A stretch of DNA of 64,000 nucleotides from an uncultured beta proteobacterium (GTDB lineage Bacteria; Pseudomonadota; Gammaproteobacteria; Burkholderiales; Burkholderiaceae_F). The translations under genes were made by a program, and so were the position numbers. The notes under the pieces were generated by a model, which saw only the letters and a list, made by a program, of their open reading frames with translations, was not told the origin of the DNA and made no database searches. The stretch is from positions 36,709 to 100,708 of the forward strand of contig CAWEAZ010000038.1 in the NCBI GenBank assembly GCA_963807155.1, in the 5' to 3' direction. Of this stretch, positions 1 to 10,949 are shown in pieces (position 1 is the stretch's first letter; each line of letters opens with the position of its first letter).

Positions 1-9
1 CTTGTTCCC

Positions 10-1138
10 ATGGCTGCACTTCGCTCGCTGAACTTGCGCCTCGCGCTGCTCGCAAGTGTGGCATGCAGCCTTGGCACGCACGTCCTTGCTCAGCCGGCGA
101 CCGGAATCGATACGACTCAACCGCCCACTGCGCCCGCAATTGCGCTGGTGCTGCCGAACCAGCAGGGCATTTTCGCCGCCGCCGCCGAAGCCGTGAGGCA
201 AGGATTTTTCTCCGCGCACAAGGCCAGCGGAAGCACTGCCACGATTCAGGTCATCGAGGTTGGCGACGAGGTCGAACAAATCGGTGTCGCACTTGCTGCC
301 GCGCGCGACCGTGGTGTGCGCGTCGCCGTTGGGCCGTTGCGGCGCGACCAGGTCAACGCGATCGTCGAAGGCGGGCGCGCGGTACTGCCGCTCGTGACGC
401 TGAATTTTCCTGATCGCGATGCAAGCGCACCGCCGACGATGATTGCCCTCGGGCTGTCAGCCGAAGCCGAGGCCGAGCGCGTGGTGCAGACGGCCCTTGC
501 GAGCTTCATCAATCTGCGGGCCGGCGTATCGACCGGCGCTCGCATCATGGTCCTTGCAGGCGTTGGTGCGCTGGAACGAAGAGTGGCCCAGGCTTACGTC
601 AACGCGCTGCGCGCGGCGGGCGAGTTGCCGTTGGTCGTCGAAGCGACACCCGGCGCGCTCAGTCGCCTTGGCAGGCAGTTTGAAACCGGCAGCTACGATG
701 CCGTGTTTCTGGCGCTGGGCGCACGTGAAGCGTCGCTGGTGCGGCCGCGCATTCCGCGCGGCGTTGCCATTTTCGGCACTTCTTTGCTCAACGTCGGTGA
801 CCCTGCTGGCTCGCCGGAGGCATCCGCGCTCGCTTTTGACCTCGAAGGCGTGCGATTTGTCGATATGCCGTGGCTGCTGCAGCCCGATCACCCGGCGGTG
901 ATGGTGTATCCGCCGCGCGGGAAGGCCGATGACGCTTGAAACCGCGCGGCTGTACGCGCTTGGAATCGACGCGTTCCGAATCGCGCAGGTCTGGATGAAA
1001 GGCGAGCTGCGCTTCGAAATCGACGGCGTTACGGGCCGGCTGCGCGTCGATCGCGCGCAAAGCGTCCGCGTTGAACGCATTCCGGTGTCGGCGATTTACC
1101 GCAACGGAACAATTGAGCGCGAAGAGGGCGCCCGCTGA
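10..1138 (+). pseudogene. lpoA: LpoA-like penicillin-binding protein activator, one frame break near 915-930
   Basis: ORF 10-939 has a signal-like N-terminus (MAALRSLNLRLALLASVACSLG). It continues in the +1 frame as ORF 929-1138 (TARLYALGIDAFRIAQ..., the family C-terminus). It lies upstream of yraN and a BON lipoprotein, as in the E. coli lpoA-yraN-diaA-dolP locus. Confidence 0.6.
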
Positions 1139-1518
1139 TGCCATCTCCGACGCGCACGGCGCGAACGCCGAAGCAGCGCGCCGGAGACGCGGCGGAAGAC
1201 GCAGCCGCCCAGCACCTGAAGGCGGCGGGTTGCCGCATCGTTGCGCGCAATGCACGCTATCGCGACGGCGAAGTCGACTTGATCGCAAGCGAACGCGATG
1301 TGCTCGTGTTTGTCGAAGTGCGGATGCGGGCCGGCTCGCGATTCGGCGGCGCTGCGGTCAGCGTGGATTTGTTGAAGCAGAAGCGAATCGCGCGCGCCGC
1401 GCAGCATTGGCTGTTCGGCGAGTACGGCGAGCGCTGGCCCGCGTGCCGGTTCGATGTCGTCACGGTCGATGGCAATGGCACAATCGAGTGGATACGCGAT
1501 GCGTTTCAATGTAAATGA
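1138..1518 (+). CDS. yraN: YraN family (UPF0102) endonuclease-like protein
   Basis: 126 aa with the GEVDLIA core typical of UPF0102. The start overlaps the lpoA stop (TGATG). Confidence 0.8.
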   Translation: MPSPTRTARTPKQRAGDAAEDAAAQHLKAAGCRIVARNARYRDGEVDLIASERDVLVFVEVRMRAGSRFGGAAVSVDLLKQKRIARAAQHWLFGEYGERWPACRFDVVTVDGNGTIEWIRDAFQCK

Positions 1519-1560
1519 GCAACGAGTGAACTCGGCGGGAGATTCGAATGAAATTGACTG

Positions 1561-2328
1561 ATGGACGGTTGGTTGCGATTATCGATGCTGATGGCGACGC
1601 TGGCACTGCCGGCTTGTGCGCCGCTGGTTATCGGTGCCGTGGCAGCGGGCACTGCGATCGTCGCCACCGATCGCCGCAGCACCGGCGCGCAGCTCGACGA
1701 CAAAACCATTCAGGTCAGAGTCGCCAACGAGTTGAAGGATGCGCTGCGCGGCAACGACATTCACATCAACGTCAACAGTTTCGACAAGCGCGTGCTGCTC
1801 ACCGGCGAAGTGAATAGCGAAGCGGTCAAGGCTCAAGCCAGTACGGTGGCTGCGGCCTCCAAGGACGTTCGGATGGTCAATAACGAACTGGTGATTGCGA
1901 CGCCATCCAGCTTCGGTGACCGCACCGAGGACAACACACTGGGTACGCGGGTGCGCGGAGCGTTCGTCAATACACGCGAAATCGCGTTTAACTCGATCGA
2001 CATCGTCACTGAGCGGCGCACGATCTATCTGATGGGCGCGGTCACGCAGAAAGAAGCCGATGTGGCAGCGCATGTCGCCAGCCGCGTGCCCGGTGTGAAG
2101 CAAGTCGTCAAGCTGTTCGACGTCGCTTCGGCAGATGAGATCAATCGCGGCCGGGCTGCAACAACAGCGCCGGCAGCGGGCCAACCGGCGACAGCAGCGC
2201 CTGCACCTATTACCACTGCGCCGGCCACGAGCACGCCCGTTCCGGCGTCGCTGACGGCCGTGATCGACAGACGGACCCAGGCGCCGTCCGTCAATCAGGA
2301 CTTGCGCGCTCAGGCGTTTGTCTTATAG
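1561..2328 (+). CDS. BON-domain lipoprotein (DolP/YraP-like) with Ala/Pro/Thr-rich C-terminal tail
   Basis: Lipobox LALPAC, two BON-like repeats (..RVLLTGEV.., ..TIYLMGAV..), and synteny after yraN. Confidence 0.75.
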   Translation: MDGWLRLSMLMATLALPACAPLVIGAVAAGTAIVATDRRSTGAQLDDKTIQVRVANELKDALRGNDIHINVNSFDKRVLLTGEVNSEAVKAQASTVAAASKDVRMVNNELVIATPSSFGDRTEDNTLGTRVRGAFVNTREIAFNSIDIVTERRTIYLMGAVTQKEADVAAHVASRVPGVKQVVKLFDVASADEINRGRAATTAPAAGQPATAAPAPITTAPATSTPVPASLTAVIDRRTQAPSVNQDLRAQAFVL

Positions 2329-2407
2329 TCCGCGCGCCTTGAAATTACGGCGATAGCGGCGGGCCGGGCAAATGCCGTCTGGTTGGGTTTGACTCGAGGA
2401 GGATTCG

Positions 2408-2995
2408 ATGAGTTGGATCATCACGCTGGTCGTCATCGCAGCAATCGTTTTCTGGGTGGTGGGCGCCTATAACCGGCTCGTCAGCCTGCGCAACAAGTTC
2501 AAGAATGCATTTGCGCAGATCGACGTTCAGCTGAAGCGTCGCTACGACCTGATTCCGAATCTGGTCGAAACGGCCAAGGCGTACATGAAGCATGAGCGCG
2601 AGACGCTCGAAAACGTGATTCGCGCGCGTAACTCGGCGGTCACCGCAAACACGGCGGCCGCCGCGGACCCGGGCTCGGCACAGGCTATTCAGGGACTGGT
2701 GGTCGCTGAAGGGGCGCTGAGTGGCGCCCTGTCTAAGCTGTTTGCTTTGGCCGAGGCATATCCCGACCTGAAAGCAAATCAAAACATGATGCAGTTGACC
2801 GAAGAGTTAACTGGGACTGAGAACAAGATCTCGTTCGCGCGCCAGGCCTTCAACGATTCGGTGATGAGCTACAACACTGCCGTTCAGCAGTTTCCGACTA
2901 ACGTCATTGCGGGCGCGTTCACGTTTACGCCGGCCGAGCTGCTGCAATCGACTGAAAGCGAAGAGGAAAAGCAAGCGGTTCGCGTGCAGTTTTGA
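2408..2995 (+). CDS. lemA: LemA family protein
   Basis: N-terminal TM followed by YNRLVSLRNKFKNAFAQIDVQLKRRYDLIPNLVE, the classic LemA core. GAGGAGGA RBS upstream. Confidence 0.9.
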   Translation: MSWIITLVVIAAIVFWVVGAYNRLVSLRNKFKNAFAQIDVQLKRRYDLIPNLVETAKAYMKHERETLENVIRARNSAVTANTAAAADPGSAQAIQGLVVAEGALSGALSKLFALAEAYPDLKANQNMMQLTEELTGTENKISFARQAFNDSVMSYNTAVQQFPTNVIAGAFTFTPAELLQSTESEEEKQAVRVQF

Positions 2996-3040
2996 ACGGC
3001 GCGCAGCAGCTTTGCATCGGGCCGCCGACTCATGGTCGCA

Positions 3041-3257
3041 ATGTGGGTCCTGTTCGCTGTGCGGCGCGGGGCTGATTGCGTGGGGCGTGATCAGCATTCG
3101 GCGCGGAACGGTGTGGGACAACGAGGTGGCGGGCGACTGGATCCGGCTCGATGATGATCCGACGATGTTCTGGACGGCCGTGTCGCTGATCTTCACGCTG
3201 GCGGTGCTGGCGATCGGCGTCGGTGCGATCGCCGGCTACGGCTCGCGTCCGCTGTAG
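3041..3257 (+). CDS. Small two-TM membrane protein, probable frame break near 3060
   Basis: ATG 3041 gives MWVLFAV. The reading then fits the frame of ORF 2907-3257 (AGLIAWGVISI...FWTAVSLIFTLAVLAIGVGAIAGY). It sits between lemA and the M48 peptidase gene. Confidence 0.3.
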
Positions 3258-3271
3258 CGCGCCACCGCATC

Positions 3272-5258
3272 GTGGATTTTTTCGAGCACCAGGAGATCGC
3301 TCGGCGGTCAACGCGACGTCTGGTCGTGCTGTTTGCGATTGCCGTCGTCACAATCGTCATCGCGGTGAACTTCGCCGCCACTGCGATCTATTTCGGATTC
3401 CTGATGCCCTCTGGCACGGCCGCGTGCCGGCGCCGCACTGCCTGCAGGGTTTTATTTCATCAACACCTGCATCGTGCTGGGTTTGATCGGCGGTGGCACG
3501 GCGTACAAGATGAGCGCACTGAGCGCCGGGGGCGCCGCAGTGGCCAACCTGGTTGATGCGCGCGAGGTCGACATGACCACCAGCGACCTGCTCGATCGAC
3601 GCCTGATCAACGTCGTCGAAGAGATGGCGATTGCGTCCGGCGTCGCGGTGCCGCGCGTGTACGTGATGGATAACGAAACGGCGATCAATGCTTTTGCTGC
3701 CGGCCATTCGATCAACGACGCGGTCATTGTCGTTACGCGCGGCACGTTGACCCGCCTGTCACGCGACGAATTGCAGGGAGTGATTGCGCATGAGTTTTCG
3801 CATGTGCTGAACGGTGACATGCGGCTTAACCTGCGGCTGATCGGCGTGCTGCACGGGCTGCTGATCGTTGCGATTGCCGGCCGCTTGTTGCTCGAAGTAG
3901 GAGGCCGCAGCCGGGGCGGAAGCAGCAGTGGGCGCAGCGGAAACGCGTTCGCCATTTTGCTTTTCGCCGGCGTTGCGCTGTGGATCCTGGGGTACATCGG
4001 CGTTTTCTTTGGGCGTCTGATCAAGGCGGCTGTTTCGAGGCAGCGGGAATTTCTTGCCGACGCTAGCGCGGTGCAATTCACTCGCAATCCGGACGGCATC
4101 GGCGGTGCGCTGCGGAAAATCGGCGGGCTCACCGAGACGACCGGGCTCGGAACTCGCATCGATCACCCGCAGGCAGAGGCGCTTTCGCACCTGTTTCTGG
4201 GAGCGGCTCGGCCCAGCTTTGTGCGCGGCCTGTTCGCCACCCATCCGCCACTCGAAGAACGCGTGCAGCGGATTTATGGGCGCAAGCAGGCGTTCCTGCC
4301 GGCACCGGAAAACGCGGTGGCACTCGCAATGAGCGGACCGGAGCCGGCACCGCAGAACGAGCGTCCGCGGGCAACGGGGTTGAATGCTTTGTCACCGATC
4401 GCGGGCCTGGTCGCGGCAGCAGCGGGCGGGGCTGCTGCGCAGGACGATCTTGCCGCGTCGGTTGGCACCGTCGCGCCGCCCGCTCAGCGCGACTTTGCCC
4501 TGGATGAATCGCAGCGCGCGACCGTGGGCACACTGCGGGCTGCGGCGAGCGACGCGATCCATGCACAGTTGATCGCCTTTGCCCTGCTGGTTGAGAAAGA
4601 CAGCGAGCTGCGTGCGCAGCAGTGCGAACTGATCGCGGAGACGTACGGCACCGAAGCCTCGCAGCTTTCGGATCGTTATCACGGCCTGATTCAGCAACTG
4701 CCGCCTGGCGCGCGTCAGCCGCTGTTGGACCTCGCGATGCCCGCGCTGCGCAAGCTGCCGGAGCCGGCGCGGCAACGCGTCTTAAAGCTCGCTCACCTGC
4801 TGATCGTTGCCGATGGGCGAGTATCAGTTCGCGAGTTTCTGCTGTTCACGATTCTGAAGCGGCGGCTTGGCCCGGATGCCAGTAAAGCAGTGCCGGTGCG
4901 CTATCGCGCCGTGAGTGAGAGAGCGCAGGATGCGGCACTGGTTCTATCGTTGATTGCGGTGGTCAGGCTGCCGAAGCGGCCCGAGCACGCCTTCAATGCG
5001 GGCGCTTTGCTGTTGCCCGAATCAAACGTCGAGTTCGTGGGCGCTGAAGCGATCAAACTGGACGACGTGTCGGCTGCGCTCGATCGGTTGAATCAACTGG
5101 CACCGCTTGCCAAACCGCAGCTGATCAAGGCCGCCACCGCCGCAGCGTTCGTCGATAGCGAGACCAACTGGCGCGCGGCCAGCGCGCTGCGCATGATTTG
5201 TGCTGCACTCGACGCGCCGTTGCCGCCGCAGATTGCGATGGTGGAAGCGGTGGCGTAA
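3272..5258 (+). pseudogene. M48 family zinc metalloprotease (HtpX-like) with a long C-terminal extension, frame break near 3415-3435
   Basis: The N-terminal TM segment is in ORF 3272-3556. The body is in ORF 3474-5258 and carries the HEXXH motif (AHEFSHVLNGD). LemA-M48 pairing is common. Confidence 0.75.
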
Positions 5259-5278
5259 TTTACAGAGGTAGAATAACC

Positions 5279-5458
5279 GTGAAGCCTGTGTGCCTCGCAT
5301 GCGTTTCGTTCGACGTCGAAGCGATCGTCGACGACGAACCGGCAGAGATCGGATTGTTCGCCTGCTTCGAGTGCCAGGACGTGTTTTATTTCATGGCTGA
5401 CGCGCAGCCGCGTCGGCGGCGTCTGGGCTTGTTCGAGTTGTACGAGCCCGCGATTTAA
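5279..5458 (+). CDS. Small zinc-ribbon-like protein (CxxC...CxxC)
   Basis: GTG 5279 is preceded by GAGGT. The 59-aa product has CLAC and CFEC pairs. No family was recognised. Confidence 0.4.
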   Translation: MKPVCLACVSFDVEAIVDDEPAEIGLFACFECQDVFYFMADAQPRRRRLGLFELYEPAI

Positions 5459-5474
5459 GGGCTAGCTATTCCAG

Positions 5475-6449
5475 CTAGGCCGTGACACCGGCGGCGTGCG
5501 CCTGCTGGTCGGCGTGGTAGCTTGACCGCACCAGTGGGCCACATGCCGCATGCGAAAAGCCCATCTGCTGTGCTTCGGCCTCGAACATCCGGAACGTGTC
5601 GGGGTGCACGTAACGCAGCACCGGCAAGTGATGCGTGCTCGGCGCCAGGTATTGGCCAACCGTCAGCATATCGACATGGTGCGCGCGTAGATCGCGCATC
5701 ACCTGCAAAATCTCTTCATCGGTCTCGCCCAATCCGACCATCACACCGCTCTTCGTCGGTACGTCAGGAACGACGCGCTTGAATTCCGCGAGCAGTCTCA
5801 GCGAGTGCGCGTAATCCGAGCCCGGTCGTGCGTGCCTGTAAAGCCGCGGCACGGTCTCCAGATTGTGATTCATCACGTCAGGCGGCGCGGCTTCGAGAAT
5901 TTGCAATGCGCGATCGAGACGGCCGCGAAAATCGGGCACCAAAACTTCAATGCGCGTCGTCGGCGACAGCTCGCGTGTCGCGCGGATGCAATCGACGAAG
6001 TGCTGGGCTCCGCCGTCCTTCAAATCATCGCGATCGACCGATGTGATGACGACATAAGAAAGCTTCAGCGCGGCGATTGTCCTGGCCAGATTGAGCGGCT
6101 CCTCGACGTCAAGCGGATCGGGGCGGCCGTGGCCGACATCGCAAAACGGGCAGCGCCGAGTGCACTTGTCGCCCATGATCATGAACGTGGCGGTGCCTTT
6201 GCCAAAGCACTCGCCGATATTCGGGCATGACGCCTCTTCGCACACCGTGTGCAAATTGTGCTGACGAAGAATGTTCTTGATTTCGTAAAAACGCGTAGCC
6301 GGTGAGCCTGCTTTCACCCGAATCCATTCGGGCTTCTTCAGCGTCTGGCCGATGGGCACAGGCGTGATGGCGAACTTCTTAAAGACCTTGCCGGTTTTGG
6401 CTTCGCCCTTTTTCTTCGCAAAGTCGGGTGCGGGTGCTGAGATATCCAT
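5475..6449 (-). CDS. lipA: Lipoyl synthase
   Basis: Motifs [12 protein letters not shown] and radical-SAM CTRRCPFC. Full length, 324 aa. Confidence 0.95.
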   Translation of the reverse strand: MDISAPAPDFAKKKGEAKTGKVFKKFAITPVPIGQTLKKPEWIRVKAGSPATRFYEIKNILRQHNLHTVCEEASCPNIGECFGKGTATFMIMGDKCTRRCPFCDVGHGRPDPLDVEEPLNLARTIAALKLSYVVITSVDRDDLKDGGAQHFVDCIRATRELSPTTRIEVLVPDFRGRLDRALQILEAAPPDVMNHNLETVPRLYRHARPGSDYAHSLRLLAEFKRVVPDVPTKSGVMVGLGETDEEILQVMRDLRAHHVDMLTVGQYLAPSTHHLPVLRYVHPDTFRMFEAEAQQMGFSHAACGPLVRSSYHADQQAHAAGVTA

Positions 6450-7126
6450 CAGGCCGACAGTCTAGCGAACGCGGGTTCCTGAACGGGTGCGGGCGCCGAC
6501 AGATGGGCTTGCAGCCGCTCGCTGAGGTGCAAGCCGACATCTTCGCAATCAGCCTTGACGCCAAGCGTCGCGAGATCCACGACTTGTAACCCGGCGTAGC
6601 CACATGGATCGATCAGCGCATACGGCGCCAGATCCATCGCGACGTTCAGCGCGACGCCGTGATAGCTGCATCCGCCGGCCACCTTGATGCCGAGTGCCGC
6701 GATCTTGGCGACGTCATTGAACGGCGGCGACGCATTACTCGGCCATGGCGTGAATACGCCCGGAGCCCCCGCTACGCGTCGGCCGTCGACACCGTAGGCC
6801 TGAAGCGTCTGAATCACCGACTGCTCGATGCGAAAGACGAGCTCTTTGACATAGATACGTAGACGCCGCAGGTCGAGTAACGGATACGCAACGACCTGGC
6901 CGGGACCGTGGTACGTGATCTGACCTCCGCGATCGGTTGTCACGACTGGAATGTCGGAGCCGGCAAGCAGGTGCACGCGGCGGCCCGCCTGGCCCAAAGT
7001 GAAAACGGGCGGATGCTCGACCATCCACAGTTCGTCAGCAGTATCGGAACTGCGCTGCGCATTGAACTCACGCATCGCCTGCCAGGTGCGGACGTAGTCG
7101 GCGCGTCCCAAGTGCCGAATGATCAT
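6449..7126 (-). CDS. lipB: Octanoyltransferase
   Basis: [22 protein letters not shown] motif, immediately upstream of lipA. Confidence 0.95.
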   Translation of the reverse strand: MIIRHLGRADYVRTWQAMREFNAQRSSDTADELWMVEHPPVFTLGQAGRRVHLLAGSDIPVVTTDRGGQITYHGPGQVVAYPLLDLRRLRIYVKELVFRIEQSVIQTLQAYGVDGRRVAGAPGVFTPWPSNASPPFNDVAKIAALGIKVAGGCSYHGVALNVAMDLAPYALIDPCGYAGLQVVDLATLGVKADCEDVGLHLSERLQAHLSAPAPVQEPAFARLSA

Positions 7127-7136
7127 TGACCGGGCA

Positions 7137-7430
7137 CTACAGCACGACTTTGACCAGAGGATGACTGGTCAAGGCGCGATACAGATCGTCGAGTTGCTCG
7201 CGCGACGTTGCACGGATGGTCGCGGTCACCGACAGATAGTTGCCGTCCTTTGAGGTTCGCATCTCGAGCGTGCTGGGGTCGAAATCGGGTGCATGCATCT
7301 GCACGACTTCGACAATTGCCTGCGCGAACTCATCCACCCGGCGGCCCATGACCTTGATCGGGAAGTCAGTCGGAAACGTCAACCCCGGTGGGCGTGGCGT
7401 CAAGTCTGAGGGTTTGGGTTCGTTGCTCAT
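7137..7430 (-). CDS. ybeD: YbeD/DUF493 family protein
   Basis: 97 aa with FPIKVMG-type ybeD signature and conserved position upstream of lipB. Confidence 0.85.
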   Translation of the reverse strand: MSNEPKPSDLTPRPPGLTFPTDFPIKVMGRRVDEFAQAIVEVVQMHAPDFDPSTLEMRTSKDGNYLSVTATIRATSREQLDDLYRALTSHPLVKVVL

Positions 7431-8383
7431 GCGATTTGTTCATTCGCGTGGCGTTGTGGGGTGTGCGCGTCTCGCTGCGCCGCCCAGTCCCGCGCGTCAT
7501 CTAGCTTGGCCTGCTGAAACCATTGATGCATGCTCCGATACATAGGGCCGGGCTTGCCAGACCCCACCGCGGCACCGTCGAGCGAGACGATCGCCAGCAC
7601 CTCACGCCCGGACGAGCTGAGCCAGATTTCATCGGCCACCTTTAACTCGCTTGCCGCGATAGGTCGCACGTTGACGTTGACGCCGTGTTGTCCGCCAATG
7701 TGAGCAATGCCATCAACAGTGATGCCGGGCAGCAGCTGCACGGTCTTCGGCGGCGTGGCAATCACACCGTCCTTGATCACGCTGATGTTGGTGCTGGACC
7801 CTTCGGTCAGAAACCCATCACGCAGCATCACGGTCTCACTCGCACCTTGGTCGATCGCGTACTGCTTCATCAGTACGTTACCGAGCAGTGAGGTGCTCTT
7901 GATATCGCAATGCAGCCAGCGTTCGTCTACATGAGTGACCGCGGCGACTCCGAGTTCGACCTGCTCGGTCGGAATCGGCGGCCATGGAGAACTGGTGACG
8001 AACACCGTCGGCGCGACGCCGGCCGGAAACGGATGGTCCCGCTTCGCTACTCCGCGCGTGACTTGCACATAAACCAACTGGCGCGGCCACGGATGACGAT
8101 CGATGACCTCTGCGGTTAGATCGAGCCATTGTTCGAGCCGCAGCGGATTCTCGATCCGCACCGCGTCGAGGCTGCGCTGCAGGCGTGCGTAGTGCGCGTG
8201 TGCGCGAAACGGTGCTCGGATGCCGCCCACTGTGTCGACGGAAATCACTTCATACACGCCGTCACCGAAGATAAACCCACGATCGAGCACCGACACTTTT
8301 GCGTCGATCAGCGCCGTCCATTCGCCATTCAAGTAACAGGTAGCGCGTTGCCAGTCGGCGGGCTCGCTCCGCGATTCAACCAT
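7427..8383 (-). CDS. dat: Class IV aminotransferase, D-amino-acid aminotransferase-like
   Basis: Motifs RGFIFGDGVYEVI and EGSSTNISVI. Start taken at MVESRSE (8383); the longer ORF N-terminus looks non-coding. Confidence 0.8.
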   Translation of the reverse strand: MVESRSEPADWQRATCYLNGEWTALIDAKVSVLDRGFIFGDGVYEVISVDTVGGIRAPFRAHAHYARLQRSLDAVRIENPLRLEQWLDLTAEVIDRHPWPRQLVYVQVTRGVAKRDHPFPAGVAPTVFVTSSPWPPIPTEQVELGVAAVTHVDERWLHCDIKSTSLLGNVLMKQYAIDQGASETVMLRDGFLTEGSSTNISVIKDGVIATPPKTVQLLPGITVDGIAHIGGQHGVNVNVRPIAASELKVADEIWLSSSGREVLAIVSLDGAAVGSGKPGPMYRSMHQWFQQAKLDDARDWAAQRDAHTPQRHANEQIA

Positions 8384-9566
8384 TGCGCTTCCTCCACCAC
8401 AGCACGATGGCATCGTACGCGCGGCGCAACAAGCCACCGGATTCGACCCGCTCGAGAGCCACGACCGGGACGTCGGCAACTTGCCGCCCGCCAGCGCTGA
8501 TCATCATCCGACCCACCGTCTCGCCCCGTTGCAGCGGCGCGACGAGTGGATCGAGACGCTCGATCGACGACTTCAACGGCTCAGAGCCGAGTGCGCGCAG
8601 CTCGCTAGACGGAACCGTGACGTACACGTCGCGGTCGACGCCAACCGGCACGACTCCGCGATCACCCTTCCAGATTGCGGGCTTGGCCAGTACATCCCCA
8701 CGACGATAAACCTGCACCGTATCGAAAGCCGCGTATCCGTGATTGATCAGGCGCAAGGTCTCCTGCGTGCGCGCGGCCTCGCTCGCGGCGCCAAGCACCA
8801 CCGCAATCAATCGCCGCTGAAAGGCGCGCTCGCCGTCTCCCTGCGCACGGGCCGTCGTGGCCACAACCGACCATCCCGCGGCCGACAACTGTCCGGTCTT
8901 CATCCCGTCGACGTGCGCGTCGGTCCACAAAAGTCGGTTGCGATTCGTCTGCGAGACATTGTTATAGGCAAACTCGCGCTGCGCAAAGAGTGATGCGTGC
9001 TGCGGAAAATCGGTCAGCAAACGCCGCGCGAGGATCGCCATGTCTTCGGCACTCGAATAGTTTTGTGCATCTGACTGACCTGTGGGATTTGAGAAGTGCG
9101 TGTTGGCCATGCCGAGGCGGCGCACTTCGGCGTTCATTCGCTCGACGAACGCATCGACGCTGCCCGCGCTGTGCTCCGCGAGCGCCACGGCAGCATCACT
9201 GGCTGAAACAGTCAACATTCCGCGCAACAGCTGATCAACGCTGACGTCGCGGCCAGGTTCGAGGTACATGCGCGCCCCAAGCTTGCCCGGGGTTGCAAAG
9301 GCTGAACGCGAAACAGTGACTGTGTCCGCAAGTGCGATGCGATTCTCATTGAGCGCCGAGAACACCACATAGGCCGTCATCAACTTCGTCAATGACGCTG
9401 GCTCCAGACGCGCTGCAGGTTCAAACGCTGCTAGCCGCGCACCGCTCATGGCATCGACCAGAATCCAGGCGCGCGCTGCCAGCATTGGCGCTGGCTGTGC
9501 ACCCACAGGCGAGGTCCCCAGCAACGAAGCAAGGAGAAGAAAAGCGGTAAGACGCAAAATGATCAA
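8376..9566 (-). CDS. D-alanyl-D-alanine carboxypeptidase (PBP5/6 class)
   Basis: SLTKLMT (SxxK) and MKTG (KTG) motifs. Signal peptide from a TTG start at 9566 (IILRLTAFLLLASLLG). Synteny matches dacA-ybeD-lipB-lipA. Confidence 0.85.
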   Translation of the reverse strand: MIILRLTAFLLLASLLGTSPVGAQPAPMLAARAWILVDAMSGARLAAFEPAARLEPASLTKLMTAYVVFSALNENRIALADTVTVSRSAFATPGKLGARMYLEPGRDVSVDQLLRGMLTVSASDAAVALAEHSAGSVDAFVERMNAEVRRLGMANTHFSNPTGQSDAQNYSSAEDMAILARRLLTDFPQHASLFAQREFAYNNVSQTNRNRLLWTDAHVDGMKTGQLSAAGWSVVATTARAQGDGERAFQRRLIAVVLGAASEAARTQETLRLINHGYAAFDTVQVYRRGDVLAKPAIWKGDRGVVPVGVDRDVYVTVPSSELRALGSEPLKSSIERLDPLVAPLQRGETVGRMMISAGGRQVADVPVVALERVESGGLLRRAYDAIVLWWRKRNG

Positions 9567-9701
9567 CGGCGGCTCGGTGCTGGTAATCGGGGGTAGAGGA
9601 TAGCGAAGCGGACTGACGAAATCGCGGCCTGGAACTTGGAACCTAAAGTCCCGTCGCGGTTCAGTCCGAGCGTTCAGCAAATGAAACTTCTAAGCTCGAC
9701 C

Positions 9702-10239
9702 CTAGCCGCGGCGGCGCAGCGCCTTTAGATATTCCTGCGCTGCGCTGGGACCCAGCGCCGTCGAAATCAGACGCTCAGCTTCGCGCACCCGATAGCGAAA
9801 CTCTTCGATCGTGCGGCAGCTTTCGATGCGCATTGCCAACGTGTCAGCTTCGGGGCCGAGGCGGTCGTGCAGACCCCGCACGGCGCGGCGCTTGACTTCG
9901 TCCAACGTCATCGGGTTTGGGTCGCGTTCGTCGAGTCCGCCGCTAGTGCTGGGTCCGCCGAGAGCGTTCGAAAAGCCGGCGTCAGTATCGCGTCCATTGA
10001 TCGTCGGCACGTCGATTGCGCCTTGGTATGCAACGCGTTGAATCAGTCCGCCACTCTCCAGGCTCGCAATCGCGATTTTCGATGTCGTCTTGTTTGCCGA
10101 GAACTGACAGATCATCGATCGTCCGCTTGCCGTCGATCATGATCAACACACGGCGCGCCGTCATCGGCAGCTGTGCGCTACGCAGCGAGATCTCCGCAAT
10201 GCCGCGCGGCGTCTTTGAGTAGACGAGAGTGCCATCCAT
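9702..10239 (-). pseudogene. Conserved hypothetical protein, frame break near 10080-10115
   Basis: ORF 9982-10239 (MDGTLVYSKTPRGIAEISL...IDDLSVLGKQ) continues in the frame of ORF 9702-10115 (..TSKIAIASLESGGLIQRV..). No family assigned. Confidence 0.5.
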
Positions 10240-10926
10240 TCAGTAACTTTGATCACTTTGAGAGGCGGCGTCAATTGCGGGCATGCCGAGAATATGTGCA
10301 CTTATCAGGCGCTTTAGCAGCCCCAGCCGGCGGTGAAAGAAGTGTTCTGCCCCCGGAATCACAACAATCGGCAATTCCTGGGGGCGCGCCCAGTCAAGCA
10401 CGGCGACAAGCGGAATCGTTTCATCAAGCTCGCCGTGAATGACAAGCGCTTCGCGCGCTACCGGTGGCATCGGCCATTTGCCTGCGGCCGCGCCGATCAG
10501 TACTACGTACTTGACCGCGCGATTCGACTCAGAAAGCGCGCGAGCGGCCTTGGCTGCAACAAAACTGCCGAACGAAAAACCTGCGATGGCGATCGGCAGT
10601 GGATCTGGAAGCCTCGAACTGACGGCCGGCAGCGTGGGTACCGTAGCGATCAAGTGCAGGAAGTCATCCGTTTCGCCATTGCCTTCGTCGTGCTCGCCGG
10701 CTGAGCGTCCGACACCGCGAAAGTTGAAGCGCACCGCTAGCCAACCCATGGCGGCGAATGAGCGCGCAATCGTGGCTACGACCTTGTTGTCCAACGTGCC
10801 GCCATAGAGCGGATGCGGGTGCCCGATGTAGACAATCCCCTGCGGGACGTTCGCAGGCCAATCGAGCGCAAATTCAATCGCACCGCCGGGACCATCGACC
10901 AGCCCTTTCTCGATCGACGCCAGCAT
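10240..10926 (-). CDS. Alpha/beta hydrolase
   Basis: 228 aa with nucleophile elbow GFSFG and overall alpha/beta-hydrolase layout. Confidence 0.75.
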   Translation of the reverse strand: MLASIEKGLVDGPGGAIEFALDWPANVPQGIVYIGHPHPLYGGTLDNKVVATIARSFAAMGWLAVRFNFRGVGRSAGEHDEGNGETDDFLHLIATVPTLPAVSSRLPDPLPIAIAGFSFGSFVAAKAARALSESNRAVKYVVLIGAAAGKWPMPPVAREALVIHGELDETIPLVAVLDWARPQELPIVVIPGAEHFFHRRLGLLKRLISAHILGMPAIDAASQSDQSY

Positions 10927-10949
10927 GAGTTCGACGTCTTATAGACGGA

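Noticed and set aside
5462-5478. Hairpin CTAGCT-ATTCC-AGCTAG between the convergent zinc-ribbon ORF and lipA, as a bidirectional terminator
   Set aside because: The stem is only 6 bp with no T-tract, and it overlaps the lipA stop codon. This is too weak to call.
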